NCBI RefSeq assembly: GCF_001644705.1
Contig: NZ_CP015137.1
Location: 570,001-602,000, forward strand
Length of the DNA stretch: 32,000 nucleotides
DNA from: Dickeya solani IPO 2222
GTDB taxonomy: Bacteria > Pseudomonadota > Gammaproteobacteria > Enterobacterales > Enterobacteriaceae
Direction: 5' to 3'
A program made the position numbers and the translations under genes. A model generated the notes under the pieces. That model had not been told where the DNA came from, did no database searches, and was given only the letters and a program-made list of their open reading frames with translations. Shown one piece after another: positions 9,525 to 18,675 of the stretch (its first letter is position 1; every line of letters starts with the position of its first letter).

Positions 9525-10064
9525 TTACCGCTCCGCTTCCGGCGACGTCTGTACCTGACCGTTGGTATCCACCTGCAGCCAGGCGGAATCGCTGCCATTG
9601 CGTAAGGTCAGACGAAATGGCGTCACTTCGCCGCCCGGCAGGATCAGGATGTGTGGGTCGCCATTGCCCGGCGAAAAACCCGCGCCATCCCCCGCGGCCC
9701 CTACCTGAGTGGACAGTTCGATCTGAAAGCCCTCCGGCAACTCGCTGGGCGAGGACATGCGGTACGGCTGCCAGGGTACCCAGACATAACGCAGCCGCTG
9801 CTGATCCTCTGGAGAGTTCTCCACTACCTGACGTTGTAGTAACGCGTATTGCCAGCGGCGAGGCTGAATATAAATGCCCAGAATATGGTCGTTCATCTGG
9901 CTGTCCTCCACCGCGTATTGCAACTGCGCCTTGAAGCGGGCGATTTGCCAGCCGCTGTCCTGCTGCTTAGGCGCAGGAATCGCCATCATCACCAGCGTGG
10001 CGGCCACACCGGCCAGCAGCACCACCAGCATGATCTCCAGCAGCGTAAATCCCCGCTGACGCAC
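9525..10064 (-). CDS. outH: Type II secretion minor pseudopilin GspH
   Basis: GTG start at 10064, 2 nt after the outG stop. Prepilin signal (M)RQRG/FTLLEIMLVVLLAG. 179 aa. Confidence 0.85.
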   Translation of the reverse strand: MRQRGFTLLEIMLVVLLAGVAATLVMMAIPAPKQQDSGWQIARFKAQLQYAVEDSQMNDHILGIYIQPRRWQYALLQRQVVENSPEDQQRLRYVWVPWQPYRMSSPSELPEGFQIELSTQVGAAGDGAGFSPGNGDPHILILPGGEVTPFRLTLRNGSDSAWLQVDTNGQVQTSPEAER

Positions 10065-10066
10065 GA

Positions 10067-10528
10067 TCAGGGGTTCCCGTTACCGTTACTGCCGTTGTTG
10101 TGCGCGCCGGTGCCGACATTCCAGTTGCCGATGTCGTCATCGGTATCCGGCATGCCATCCGGGCCGTAGGAGAACACATCTACTTTGCCGTGACGGCCGG
10201 GGCTGACCAACTGGTATTCCGCGCCCCACGGGTCCTGCGGCAAGCGACGAATATAGCCATCCTGCGGGTAACTACGCGGCTCCGGCGGCGTGGTCGGTTT
10301 TTTCACCAGCGAGCCCAGTCCTTGCTCAGTCGTCGGGTAGCGACTGTTGTCCAGCTTGTACATATCCAGCGCGCTCTCCAGCGCGACTATGTCGCTGATG
10401 GCTTTCTGCCTGTCGGCCTTCTCTTTGTTGCCCATCAGGTTCGGGACAACCAGACTGGCCAGTACGCCGAGAATGACGATGACCACCATGATTTCCAACA
10501 GGGTAAAACCTCGCTGACGTCGTTCCAT
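10067..10528 (-). CDS. outG: Type II secretion major pseudopilin GspG
   Basis: 153 aa. MERRQRG/FTLLEIMVVIVILGVLASLVVPNLMGNKEKA is the canonical GspG N-terminus. ..DPWG..Y..SPG..G..D..SYG.DG also fits. There is an extra C-terminal tail NVGTGAHNNGSNGNGNP. Confidence 0.92.
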   Translation of the reverse strand: MERRQRGFTLLEIMVVIVILGVLASLVVPNLMGNKEKADRQKAISDIVALESALDMYKLDNSRYPTTEQGLGSLVKKPTTPPEPRSYPQDGYIRRLPQDPWGAEYQLVSPGRHGKVDVFSYGPDGMPDTDDDIGNWNVGTGAHNNGSNGNGNP

Positions 10529-10561
10529 CTTTTCGTTACCTCATTAACGTATCAATCTTCG

Positions 10562-11788
10562 CTACATACTCATCAGGGTATTCAACTGCAGAATCGGCTG
10601 GAGAATCGCCAGCACGATAAACAATACAATGCCGGCCATGCTGACAACCAGCAGCGGCTCAAACAACCCCAGCGCCAGCGTCATCTGGGTGCTGAACTCG
10701 CGATCCTGATTGTCCGCCGCGCGGGTCAGCATGCCATCCAGTTCGCCGCTACGCTCACCGCTGGCGATCATATGGCGCATCATCGGCGGAAACAGCGACG
10801 TCTGCTCCAGCGCCTTGTGCAGGCTCACGCCCTCACGCACCGCATCGGTCGCCTGCCCCAGCCGGAAGCGGGCGTAATCGTTGGTCAGCACATCGCCGCT
10901 GATACGCATCGCCTGCAACAGCGGCACGGCGCTGGAATTCAGAATGCTCAGGGTTCGGGCGTAACGGGCGGTGTTAAGCCCCCGCGCAATACGCCCGATC
11001 AAGGGAAGGAACAATAAACGCCGATGGAAGACGAGACGGTGCTTTTCCTGACGCAGCAACACACGAAACCCCATCACCGCCAGCACCAGCAATAAGACTA
11101 CCCAGGGCCCGTAGGCTCTCACCGCATCGCTGACGCCCATCAGCAGCCGGGTGGAGAGCGGCAGCGCCTGCTTCATGTGGATAAACTGTTCGACCACCTT
11201 GGGCACCACGGCGGACAGCAGGATAGACACCACCGAAATCGCCACCAGCGTCAACACACAAGGATAAATCATCGCCTGTTGGATTCGGCTGCGCATCTGC
11301 TGACGCTGTTCGGTGTAATCCGCCAGCCGGTTCAGCACCGCATCCAGATGGCCGGAGGCCTCGCCCGCCGCCACCATAGCGCAATACAGTCGTTCGAAAC
11401 TGCCGGGAAAATTGCCCATCGCCTCGGCCAGCGAATGTCCTTCTACCACCTTGGCGCGCACCGCCGCCATCAGCGTGCTCAGCTTCGGCTTCTCGCTCTG
11501 TTTCGCCACCGCGTCCAACGCTTCTTCCAGCGGTAATGCCGCCGCCACCAGCGTCGCCAGTTGGCGAGTCAGCAATGCCAGATCGCTGGCGCTAACGCGA
11601 TGCGAACGGTGCAACGACAGGGAGAAGCCGCTGCGGGTCGTCACCTCGCCGCGCTGTTCCTCAATTTTGACCGGCACCAGTCCCTTTTCACGCAGCAGTT
11701 GACGCGCGTGACGGGCTGAGTCCGCTTCCTGCATGCCCTGACTTTTCTTTCCCTGGGCGTTCAATGCCTGATACTGGAACAGCGCCAT
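10562..11788 (-). CDS. outF: Type II secretion inner-membrane platform protein GspF
   Basis: 408 aa. Polytopic protein with the duplicated GspF/PilC domain (two ..EAL..V.. helical bundles). The ATG is 1 nt after the outE stop. Confidence 0.9.
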   Translation of the reverse strand: MALFQYQALNAQGKKSQGMQEADSARHARQLLREKGLVPVKIEEQRGEVTTRSGFSLSLHRSHRVSASDLALLTRQLATLVAAALPLEEALDAVAKQSEKPKLSTLMAAVRAKVVEGHSLAEAMGNFPGSFERLYCAMVAAGEASGHLDAVLNRLADYTEQRQQMRSRIQQAMIYPCVLTLVAISVVSILLSAVVPKVVEQFIHMKQALPLSTRLLMGVSDAVRAYGPWVVLLLVLAVMGFRVLLRQEKHRLVFHRRLLFLPLIGRIARGLNTARYARTLSILNSSAVPLLQAMRISGDVLTNDYARFRLGQATDAVREGVSLHKALEQTSLFPPMMRHMIASGERSGELDGMLTRAADNQDREFSTQMTLALGLFEPLLVVSMAGIVLFIVLAILQPILQLNTLMSM

Positions 11789-11789
11789 G

Positions 11790-13286
11790 TCATTCCTCTT
11801 TTGTTACCCGCACCACCTCTTCCCAGGTGGTGACGCCCGCCAGAACCTTATCCAGCCCATCCTGACGAATCGTGGCCCGCTTGTCGCCCAGCATCCGGGC
11901 GATACCCAGCTCACTTTCGCCCTGATGAATGGCGGTGCGTACCGTATCGTCGATCAACAGCAACTCATGGATGCCGGTACGGCCGCGATAACCGTTGTAG
12001 TTGCACTTTTCGCAGCCGCCGGGGTGGTAGAGCGTGGCCCCCGCCGCCAGGCCGGTCTGTTCCGCCTGTTCGTCGTTGATGACATAAGGCTGACGGCAGG
12101 ACGGACACAGCGTACGCACCAACCGCTGCGCCAATACTCCCAACAGCGATGTGGACAACAGGAACGGCTCGATACCCATATCCTGCAGACGGGACAACGC
12201 GCCCAGCGCGCTGTTGGTATGCAACGTGGACAACACCAGATGGCCGGTCAGCGACGCCTGCACCGCGATCTGCGCGGTTTCTCCGTCACGGATTTCCCCC
12301 ACCAGCACCACGTCCGGGTCCTGACGCAGAATCGCGCGCAGACCACGGGCGAAGGTCATGTCGACCTTAGGGTTGACCTGAGTCTGGCCGATACCGTCCA
12401 ACTCGTATTCAATGGGGTCTTCCACCGTCATGATGTTGCGTTCGGCGGAATTGAGACGGCTCAGCGCCGCATACAGGGTGGTACTTTTCCCCGAACCGGT
12501 GGGACCGGTCACCAGAATGATGCCGTGCGGACGGTGGATCAACGTATCCAGTTGACGGCGGTTGTGCTCGGCCATCCCCAGCGTTTCCAGATCCAGCCGG
12601 ACGCTGTTCTTATCGAGCAGACGTAACACCACGCGCTCGCCGTAGTTGGAAGGTAGGGTCGACACGCGCACATCGATAGCGCGGCCGCCAATGCGCAGCG
12701 CCATGCGGCCATCCTGCGGGACACGCTTTTCGGCAATATCCAGCTTGGCCATCACCTTGATACGGGAAACCAGCAATGACGCCAGCTGGCGCTGCGGCCG
12801 CAGGATTTCCCGCAACACGCCATCGATACGAAACCGGATCAACAGGTGACGCTCAAAAGTTTCGATATGGATATCCGAAGCCTTGTGCTTGATGGCTTCG
12901 GTGAGCATGGCGTTGATCAGCCGGATAATCGGCGCGTCATCTTCGCCATCCAGCAAATCGTCGCTGTCCGGCAGCTCTTCCGCCAGCGTGTAGAAATCGA
13001 TATCGTTGCCGATGTCCTCCATCAGGCGGCGCGCTTCTTCGGAATCGCGCTGATAACGCATCACCAGTTGCCGTTCAAACTCTTCCGGACTGACCTGACT
13101 CACCGTCAACGGCACCCCGGCGACCCGGCGTGCTTCCAGCAACGCCAGCGCTGGCGTGCCGGGTACACAAACGACTTCCGCCGCCGTAGCCGACGCATCC
13201 TGCAACAACAAAATCTGCTGCGCCCGGGCAAAAGAAAACGGCAGCACCGGTCGCAGTTCAGGCGTGTTGACGGGCTGATCGCTCAT
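11790..13286 (-). CDS. outE: Type II secretion ATPase GspE
   Basis: 498 aa with Walker [10 protein letters not shown], Walker B/Asp box [12 protein letters not shown], His box [13 protein letters not shown] and a tetracysteine zinc motif CPSC..(x)..CEKC. Its ATG overlaps the outD stop (ATGA). Confidence 0.95.
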   Translation of the reverse strand: MSDQPVNTPELRPVLPFSFARAQQILLLQDASATAAEVVCVPGTPALALLEARRVAGVPLTVSQVSPEEFERQLVMRYQRDSEEARRLMEDIGNDIDFYTLAEELPDSDDLLDGEDDAPIIRLINAMLTEAIKHKASDIHIETFERHLLIRFRIDGVLREILRPQRQLASLLVSRIKVMAKLDIAEKRVPQDGRMALRIGGRAIDVRVSTLPSNYGERVVLRLLDKNSVRLDLETLGMAEHNRRQLDTLIHRPHGIILVTGPTGSGKSTTLYAALSRLNSAERNIMTVEDPIEYELDGIGQTQVNPKVDMTFARGLRAILRQDPDVVLVGEIRDGETAQIAVQASLTGHLVLSTLHTNSALGALSRLQDMGIEPFLLSTSLLGVLAQRLVRTLCPSCRQPYVINDEQAEQTGLAAGATLYHPGGCEKCNYNGYRGRTGIHELLLIDDTVRTAIHQGESELGIARMLGDKRATIRQDGLDKVLAGVTTWEEVVRVTKEE

Positions 13287-15415
13287 CGCCCCTCCGGCTG
13301 ATAAAAAGCGGAGATGGACGACTGCACCTGACGGAAGGTGTACGTGTTGCCACCGGATAAACGCAGGGTATTGTTATCCAGCACCCCATTGCCTTCGCCG
13401 CGCTGTTGCTGCTGTTCATTGTTGAAGGAACGGTATTTGCTGATCGACGCTTCCTGGAACTGTCCTGGGTCACGAATAATGGTCGGACGCAGGAACAGCA
13501 TCAGGTTACGTTTGCTCACCGTCTGACTCTTCGATCGGAACAGGCTGCCCAGCCACGGAATGTCGCCCAACAGCGGTACTTTATTATTGGTTTCAACCGC
13601 CGTTTTATCGAGCAGACCGCCTACTACTACGGTTTCACCATTGGTGACCATCACCGCATTATTCACGGTACGGGTGTTGAAGGTCACGCCCAGTGAACTG
13701 TTGGTACTGCTATTGCTGTCCGCCACACTGGACACTTCCTGCTCAATCTGCAGCAAAACCGAGTCGCCTTCGTTGATCTGCGGTTTTACCCGCAGCTTGA
13801 TGCCGACGGTCTTGCGTTCGACGGTATTGAAAATGTTATCGGCCGACGTGGTCTGCGAACCGGTCAGAACCGGTACTTCCTGGCCCACATTGAAGGTCGC
13901 TTCCATGTTATCCAGCGTCACAATGCTCGGCGTCGCCAGTACATCGTTTTTGCTGTCGCTGGACAACGCGGTCAGCAGCATTGACCAGTTACCGCGATAA
14001 AAACCGGCAGTAATACCGTTGAAACTGCTGAGTGCGCTGGCATACGCCGTCGTCAACGTACCGGCGCTGCGGAACTGGTCGGTTCCGATCACCGCCGTTG
14101 AAATCGGTATACCCGTGTTGGTGAACTGGGTCATGCCGGCACGCTTGTTGGCCCACTGAATGCCCAGATTCAACCCGTCGGCATCCTGAATTTCAGCGAT
14201 GATCGCTTCCACCAGCACCTGCGGACGGCGGATATCCAGTTGATTGATCACCTGCTCCAGGTCCCGCATGATATCGGGCGGCGCGGTAATGATCAGCGAG
14301 TTAGTCTGATCATGGGCGCGAACCGTCACTTCTTTGCCCTGAATCGTGATAGTGCGACCGCCTGAGCTGCTGGTCGAACCAAAAGCGGAACCAAACCCCA
14401 TACTGGAACTGGACGACGCCGAAGAAGAAGAATTGCCGGAAGAGCTGCTGGACGAACCGGAGCTGCTGTTGCTGTTTGAGCTACTGCCGGAACGGGGCGA
14501 GGACGGCCGCGACGCATTCGACGACGAATTGCGATTGCCGCTTGTTCCGTTGCCGGCCAGCACTTCGATCAGATCCAGCGCCTTGGCGTACTTGAGATAG
14601 ATGACCTTAGTTCCGCCCTGCACCACCTGCTTACGATCCAACTGGCGGATCATTTCCACCGCGCGCTGGCGGGCATTTTCTTCCCCGCTCACCACCACGG
14701 AGTTGGTGCGGCCATCCGCCACTACGTTAGCCAGCATGGTGCTGGGCAACGCATTTTTCTCATCGGTTTTGTTAAGATCGTTCACCAGTTTGGCGACATC
14801 TTCCGCGGATGCGTAGGTCAACGGCACGGTGATCATTTCACGATCGCCGGTCTTGTCCACCGTATTGACGATATCCACCAACCGCTTGATAACCGCGGCG
14901 CGCCCGGTCATCAGCAGGACGTTGGACGGTTCATAATGCACCACGGTGCCGGCGCCGGCGTTATCGTTGAGCTGACGCAGTAACGGCGCCAGATCGCGCG
15001 CCGCCACATTGTTGAGCGGCACCACGCGGGTCACCAGTTCATCGCCGATTCCAGGCTGTTCGTTATTGGCCAACGGAATGGAAGACGATTTGGCATCTTT
15101 GGAACGGATGACTTTCAATACGCCGTTATCCATCGGCACCACCGAGAAGCCATACACATCCAGCACACTAAGGAAAAACTGGTAGTACTGCCCTTCGTTC
15201 ATCATGTCATAACTGCGCACGCTGATGGTGCCGCGAACCGTCGGGTCAATAATCACCGTTTTATTCAGGTTCTTACTGACAGTATTGATGAACTCCTGAA
15301 TATCGGTTCCTTTGAAACTGGCTGAAAATTCGGCAGCCCAGCCACACGGCGAGCCAAGCAGGAGAACGGTTAGCCCCAGCCACCCCCAGCTTTTTTTGAT
15401 CCCTTTGCCAAGCAC
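13283..15415 (-). CDS. outD: Type II secretion outer-membrane secretin GspD
   Basis: Secretin C-domain (..[26 protein letters not shown]..) and N0-N3 domains. I prefer the GTG at 15415 as the start. It lies 1 nt after the outC TAA, is preceded by GGGGGAG, and gives a normal signal peptide (V)[29 protein letters not shown] (710 aa). The longest ORF starts at ATG 15463 (726 aa) and would overlap outC by 47 nt. Confidence 0.9.
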   Translation of the reverse strand: MLGKGIKKSWGWLGLTVLLLGSPCGWAAEFSASFKGTDIQEFINTVSKNLNKTVIIDPTVRGTISVRSYDMMNEGQYYQFFLSVLDVYGFSVVPMDNGVLKVIRSKDAKSSSIPLANNEQPGIGDELVTRVVPLNNVAARDLAPLLRQLNDNAGAGTVVHYEPSNVLLMTGRAAVIKRLVDIVNTVDKTGDREMITVPLTYASAEDVAKLVNDLNKTDEKNALPSTMLANVVADGRTNSVVVSGEENARQRAVEMIRQLDRKQVVQGGTKVIYLKYAKALDLIEVLAGNGTSGNRNSSSNASRPSSPRSGSSSNSNSSSGSSSSSSGNSSSSASSSSSMGFGSAFGSTSSSGGRTITIQGKEVTVRAHDQTNSLIITAPPDIMRDLEQVINQLDIRRPQVLVEAIIAEIQDADGLNLGIQWANKRAGMTQFTNTGIPISTAVIGTDQFRSAGTLTTAYASALSSFNGITAGFYRGNWSMLLTALSSDSKNDVLATPSIVTLDNMEATFNVGQEVPVLTGSQTTSADNIFNTVERKTVGIKLRVKPQINEGDSVLLQIEQEVSSVADSNSSTNSSLGVTFNTRTVNNAVMVTNGETVVVGGLLDKTAVETNNKVPLLGDIPWLGSLFRSKSQTVSKRNLMLFLRPTIIRDPGQFQEASISKYRSFNNEQQQQRGEGNGVLDNNTLRLSGGNTYTFRQVQSSISAFYQPEGR

Positions 15416-15416
15416 G

Positions 15417-16235
15417 TTACTCGTCTCCCCCAAATTCCATATAAATATCCTGGCGCTGGCCATCCCGCTCCACCGTCAGAGTAAAGTTATGCACATCAGC
15501 CATGCGTTCCATGGCTTTTTTCGCCTGATCTTCGTCACGCAAATCCAACCCGTTCAGGGCAACGGCCATATCGTTATCCTGAAGTCCGACGCGGTAGAAT
15601 GAATCGCTTTTCGGCCCCGGATTCAACCGGTAGCCCTTCAGCTTGCTGTCGTTCATGATCGGAGAGAAAGAAACGTAATCGCTCATCGTGGTGGATGCGC
15701 GCTGCTGAAGCTGCTCGTTGAGCTGCGCGCCAGGGACGCCGTCCTGGCCGTTATCCTCCTGACCGTACAGTCCCAGCACTTCATAACGCCCCTGATACTG
15801 CAGCACCACCCTATCCGGTCGGATCGATATGATTTTGGCGTTATAGCCGGGAACCTCTTCATTGACGCCACGACTGAACTGTTCGTTGTCTTTGCTGATG
15901 ATGGCGATAGAACGGGAAGCATCATCGCCAGCCATGACGCCGGTCAGCGAAAGATTCAGCGTAGAAGGAGGCAGATTGCTCATTTGAGACGCATCCAGCG
16001 CACCCGCCTTATTTTTCTCGGGAGAAACGCCGAATAACGTAAAATCATTCAGGGTGACAGGCTGCTGTCTGGCCTGTGCTGGGGTGATCTGCACGCTGGC
16101 GACCGGCCCATTATCCGGTAAACCAATACGCCAGAAGATCATTGCCAGTTGCTGACAAAAGAGCAGCATCAGCAGATAAAACAAAATCCGTCTGATGACA
16201 GACGGAGATAGCGGTGGCAGTTTCGAGATATTCAT
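15417..16235 (-). CDS. outC: Type II secretion inner-membrane protein GspC (HR and PDZ domains)
   Basis: The ORF-track start at 16241 is a TTG. The ATG at 16235 gives [35 protein letters not shown].. (272 aa), which matches my memory of the Dickeya OutC N-terminus. There is a C-terminal PDZ-like region (..[32 protein letters not shown]..). Confidence 0.9.
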   Translation of the reverse strand: MNISKLPPLSPSVIRRILFYLLMLLFCQQLAMIFWRIGLPDNGPVASVQITPAQARQQPVTLNDFTLFGVSPEKNKAGALDASQMSNLPPSTLNLSLTGVMAGDDASRSIAIISKDNEQFSRGVNEEVPGYNAKIISIRPDRVVLQYQGRYEVLGLYGQEDNGQDGVPGAQLNEQLQQRASTTMSDYVSFSPIMNDSKLKGYRLNPGPKSDSFYRVGLQDNDMAVALNGLDLRDEDQAKKAMERMADVHNFTLTVERDGQRQDIYMEFGGDE

Positions 16236-16828
16236 CTGCAAACATTATCCCTATGTGTTCGCCGATTATCCTTGCCACGTTCGCGAACGTGGAATAAGGG
16301 CCATACAGGGCCTGTTTTCGGAGGCATGTCAGCCATTCCTGAAAGCGGTGCTTCTGCATTGTTGCCGTCTTGATGCCGTACCGGCCACATAAACCGCCTG
16401 TCCGGATAACGGATTACTCTCTCGCCAACCGATCCGACGGAAAGGCCGTAAGCGCAACATCATGACATTCATGTTCTGGTCGTTTCAGCCAGTCACGCCA
16501 CACGTGCACTCAACCTGTCTGCAATCGTGTTACTGGCTGACAGGCATCCTGTTTCCTGTTTATGCCAGACGATCTGCACGCAATATCATCGTGCCGGATA
16601 AGGCTAAAGCGCCCAATAATATAACTCAGGTTAATGACAAGACAATCCCCCGGTCAGCAACCATTTTCCCTACTATTTTCTGATAATCAACCAGTGTAAT
16701 CGGTCACACCCACGTTGATAGCTGTTTATCAGCAATGAGAAAAATGTTCAACAGCATAAGGAAATCACATTTTATTTACACGTTCATTTCATGCCATGAC
16801 GGATATTGCATCGCCAATGTGCACAAAA

Positions 16829-16847
16829 AATGAAATTCTCTTTTTCA
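16829..16847. promoter_or_regulatory. Weak candidate KdgR operator
   Basis: AATGAAATTCTCTTTTTCA matches about 14 of 17 positions of the KdgR consensus as I recall it (AATRAAAYRNYRTTTYA), with TGAAA..TTTCA arms. Out genes of Dickeya are reported to be KdgR-controlled. The match is only by eye. Confidence 0.25.
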
Positions 16848-16970
16848 ACAAACAGCTATCGCTCATTATCCATACAAATAGATCTGACTGGCGCCACTTT
16901 TCATTTATTCTTATCCCGCTATTTTCCCGGGATGAAAGACGATAACAAGCTGATGCAGTGCACAAATGAT

Positions 16971-17020
16971 ACTTAATGACACTTAATTGCGCTTAACGCC
17001 ACTTAATTACACTTAATCAC
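16971..17020. repeat. Five tandem 10-bp repeats (consensus ACTTAATNAC) in exact helical phase
   Basis: Read directly: acttaatgac / acttaattgc / gcttaacgcc / acttaattac / acttaatcac. These are consecutive 10-mers from 16971 to 17020. Confidence 0.85.
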
Positions 17021-17462
17021 ACGTTGTTATCGGTTATCCTGCAACCCATGTTTACACCCTCGCAGGCATAGTGTGTTGCTATCGCCAGACGATGGAATGA
17101 TAGTATGTCTGCCGCGTACCGTTAGCTCTACTCTGGTCCGGTCCGTTACCGTGGCCATATTGCCTTTGTCATCTATCGTCCCTGCGCACGCTGACAAACA
17201 GAAACATCAGCACGATGATAGTAAAACACCGTTTCATTAAAACATATTCCCGTTTTTTTTTTGCGACCAGTCTCAAAGTTTTACCGGCATTAATGATCAG
17301 CGTAATAGAATGTTGTCGAAATGGCATTCAGGTCACATAAATGGGATAAAACGTTGATTATTCCTTCTCATTCCCTGAAAAATGAGGCATCAGGCGTTCC
17401 GTCAAGGTCTATTATGGTGCGCTCAGGATGAGCGTCAGGTTGCATAACGTTTGAGGTAAAAC

Positions 17463-18083
17463 GTGGAAAAGACACCGGAAGTGACATCATCAACCCAGAC
17501 CGGTTACCGTATCCCCGGTTATTTGCTGGTTGTCTACGCGCTGTTGCTGTTTGCGCTGGGTTGGTTTGGCCATCAACGCTGGGCGGATGTCAGCCCGCCT
17601 TCGCTTTCAGTCCCTGCTGCAGCAATCGCTGCGCCGCCGATCAAAACCGGCGTGCCTGAGATAGCCGCTGACGCAACGACCACACGCCCTTCTCAGACAC
17701 CCGCGGATAACAGGGAAGCAGCCACGTCATCAGACGCCACAGCGGAAGATAAATCACCAAAACCGGCGGTAGGCTGGCAAACAGCCAAACCGGGTGAGTT
17801 GCCCTATATCGCCTTCAGTGCACATGTTTATACGTCTGATCCGGACAAACGCAGCGTTACCCTGAACGGGGAACGCTACCGGGAAGGCGACAATCCGTAT
17901 CAGGGGCTGGTGATCGAACAGATTGAACAGGATATGGTGATATTCAGCTTCAACGGCGAGCCGTTTATTCTGGATTCGTTGCAGGATTGGCCAGGCGGGA
18001 AGCCGGGAACTGACGCCGCGAAAGACAATGAACAGGAACCGGCGTCAAAACCGGAGAAAACCGTCAGAACAACGAAGAAATGA
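17463..18083 (+). CDS. outB: Type II secretion accessory protein GspB
   Basis: GTG start preceded by GAGG. 206 aa with an N-terminal TM anchor (YLLVVYALLLFALGWFG), an A/P/T-rich linker and a conserved C-domain (..LPYIAFSAHVYTSDPDKRSVTLNGERYREGD..). It lies beside outS and divergent from outC, as in Dickeya. Confidence 0.8.
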   Translation: MEKTPEVTSSTQTGYRIPGYLLVVYALLLFALGWFGHQRWADVSPPSLSVPAAAIAAPPIKTGVPEIAADATTTRPSQTPADNREAATSSDATAEDKSPKPAVGWQTAKPGELPYIAFSAHVYTSDPDKRSVTLNGERYREGDNPYQGLVIEQIEQDMVIFSFNGEPFILDSLQDWPGGKPGTDAAKDNEQEPASKPEKTVRTTKK

Positions 18084-18086
18084 CAC

Positions 18087-18111
18087 AGCAACTGCACATC
18101 ATGCAGTTGCT
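18087..18111. terminator. Bidirectional terminator hairpin between convergent outB and outS
   Basis: Perfect 10-bp stem AGCAACTGCA / TGCAGTTGCT with loop CATCA. It starts 4 nt after the outB TGA and ends 7 nt before the outS stop. TTCCTCTC follows on the plus strand and GTGTCATTTCTT on the minus strand. Confidence 0.55.
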
Positions 18112-18117
18112 TTCCTC

Positions 18118-18519
18118 TCAGCGGACGGTGCGCATGGCGTCGAGAAACGGCGTCATGGCACGATTGAATGAAGAGCACTGCGTTGCTTTCGGCGTACCGT
18201 CTTTCAGCAGCCCCTGATACAGGTTCTCGCTCAACTGCGGTAACGATTGATAACGACTGGTATCCCAGCCTTTTTGCGCTGCGACGTTCACCGCCGTTTT
18301 CAGGATTGTGCCGTCATCCGGCAAATCGCTGCGTTCACATTGCACCCGAAGATATTTACTGGCCGCCACCAACGACGCCAACTGGCTGATTTGCTCATTG
18401 GCCGGCACGCTGGCCGCGCTGCGGGAAGCGGTGTTTTTTACCGGCGCCGGCGTCTGACAGGCCGCCAGGCTTAGGCAACAGACACCAAAAAGGACCACTT
18501 TTAACGAAGATACATGCAT
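18118..18519 (-). CDS. outS: Secretin pilotin lipoprotein (GspS)
   Basis: Trimmed to the ATG at 18519: MHVSSLKVVLFGVCCLSLAA/CQTP.. has a clear lipobox (LAAC). About 133 aa, beside outB. The upstream 47 codons of the long ORF lack coding character. Confidence 0.85.
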   Translation of the reverse strand: MHVSSLKVVLFGVCCLSLAACQTPAPVKNTASRSAASVPANEQISQLASLVAASKYLRVQCERSDLPDDGTILKTAVNVAAQKGWDTSRYQSLPQLSENLYQGLLKDGTPKATQCSSFNRAMTPFLDAMRTVR

Positions 18520-18675
18520 GACTTGACTCGTCTTATTGATTAAGTTCCATCTCTGGAATGTCCGGTTTGGGCATTCGCTTAGCAATGCCATTATCCTTTT
18601 GCCGCCACAAGCGGCGGCAAAGGACTGCGTGATCAAACCATCAGAAAAAGATTTCTGCAAGTCTGCCCGACTGGT

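Larger units (their letters stand above)
16242..17462. promoter_or_regulatory. 1.2 kb AT-rich divergent control region between outC and outB
   Basis: No convincing ORF on either strand. The region is visibly AT-rich compared with the flanking out genes. It contains the phased repeat array (16971-17020), a T10 tract (17253-17262) and a KdgR-like half-palindrome. By position it must hold the outC-M and outB promoters. Confidence 0.7.

Noticed and set aside
10100-11017. 305-aa ORF on the plus strand
   Set aside because: It is antisense and spans the outG/outF junction. It has low-complexity R/H/Q-rich composition. Both sense genes have unmistakable T2SS motifs.
11787-12626. 279-aa ORF on the plus strand
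   Set aside because: It is antisense to outE (GspE ATPase with Walker motifs), so it is an artefact of high GC.
16462-16683. 73-aa ORF in the outC/outB intergenic region
   Set aside because: It has no SD sequence and an odd composition (Cys/His/Trp/Pro scattered), and it lies in AT-rich regulatory DNA. This is not enough to call it a gene, or the outT I vaguely recall from the literature.
16691-16710. Possible CRP site (GTGTAATCGGTCACAC)
   Set aside because: The half-site spacing and left arm do not fit TGTGA-N6-TCACA. It is only a short imperfect palindrome.
17097-17240. 47-codon ORF MIVCLPRTVSSTLVRSVTVAILPLSSIVPAHADKQKHQHDDSKTPFH with a signal-peptide-like start and an AHA/D site
   Set aside because: It has no usable SD sequence (GGA lies immediately against the ATG), its core is only weakly hydrophobic, and I have no way to check conservation. 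It is kept only as a note within the intergenic-region finding.
18595-18620. Hairpin TTTGCCGCC-(6 nt)-GGCGGCAAA downstream of alaC
   Set aside because: It could be the alaC terminator, but no U tract follows it on the minus strand and it sits in the outS promoter region. It is too ambiguous to call.
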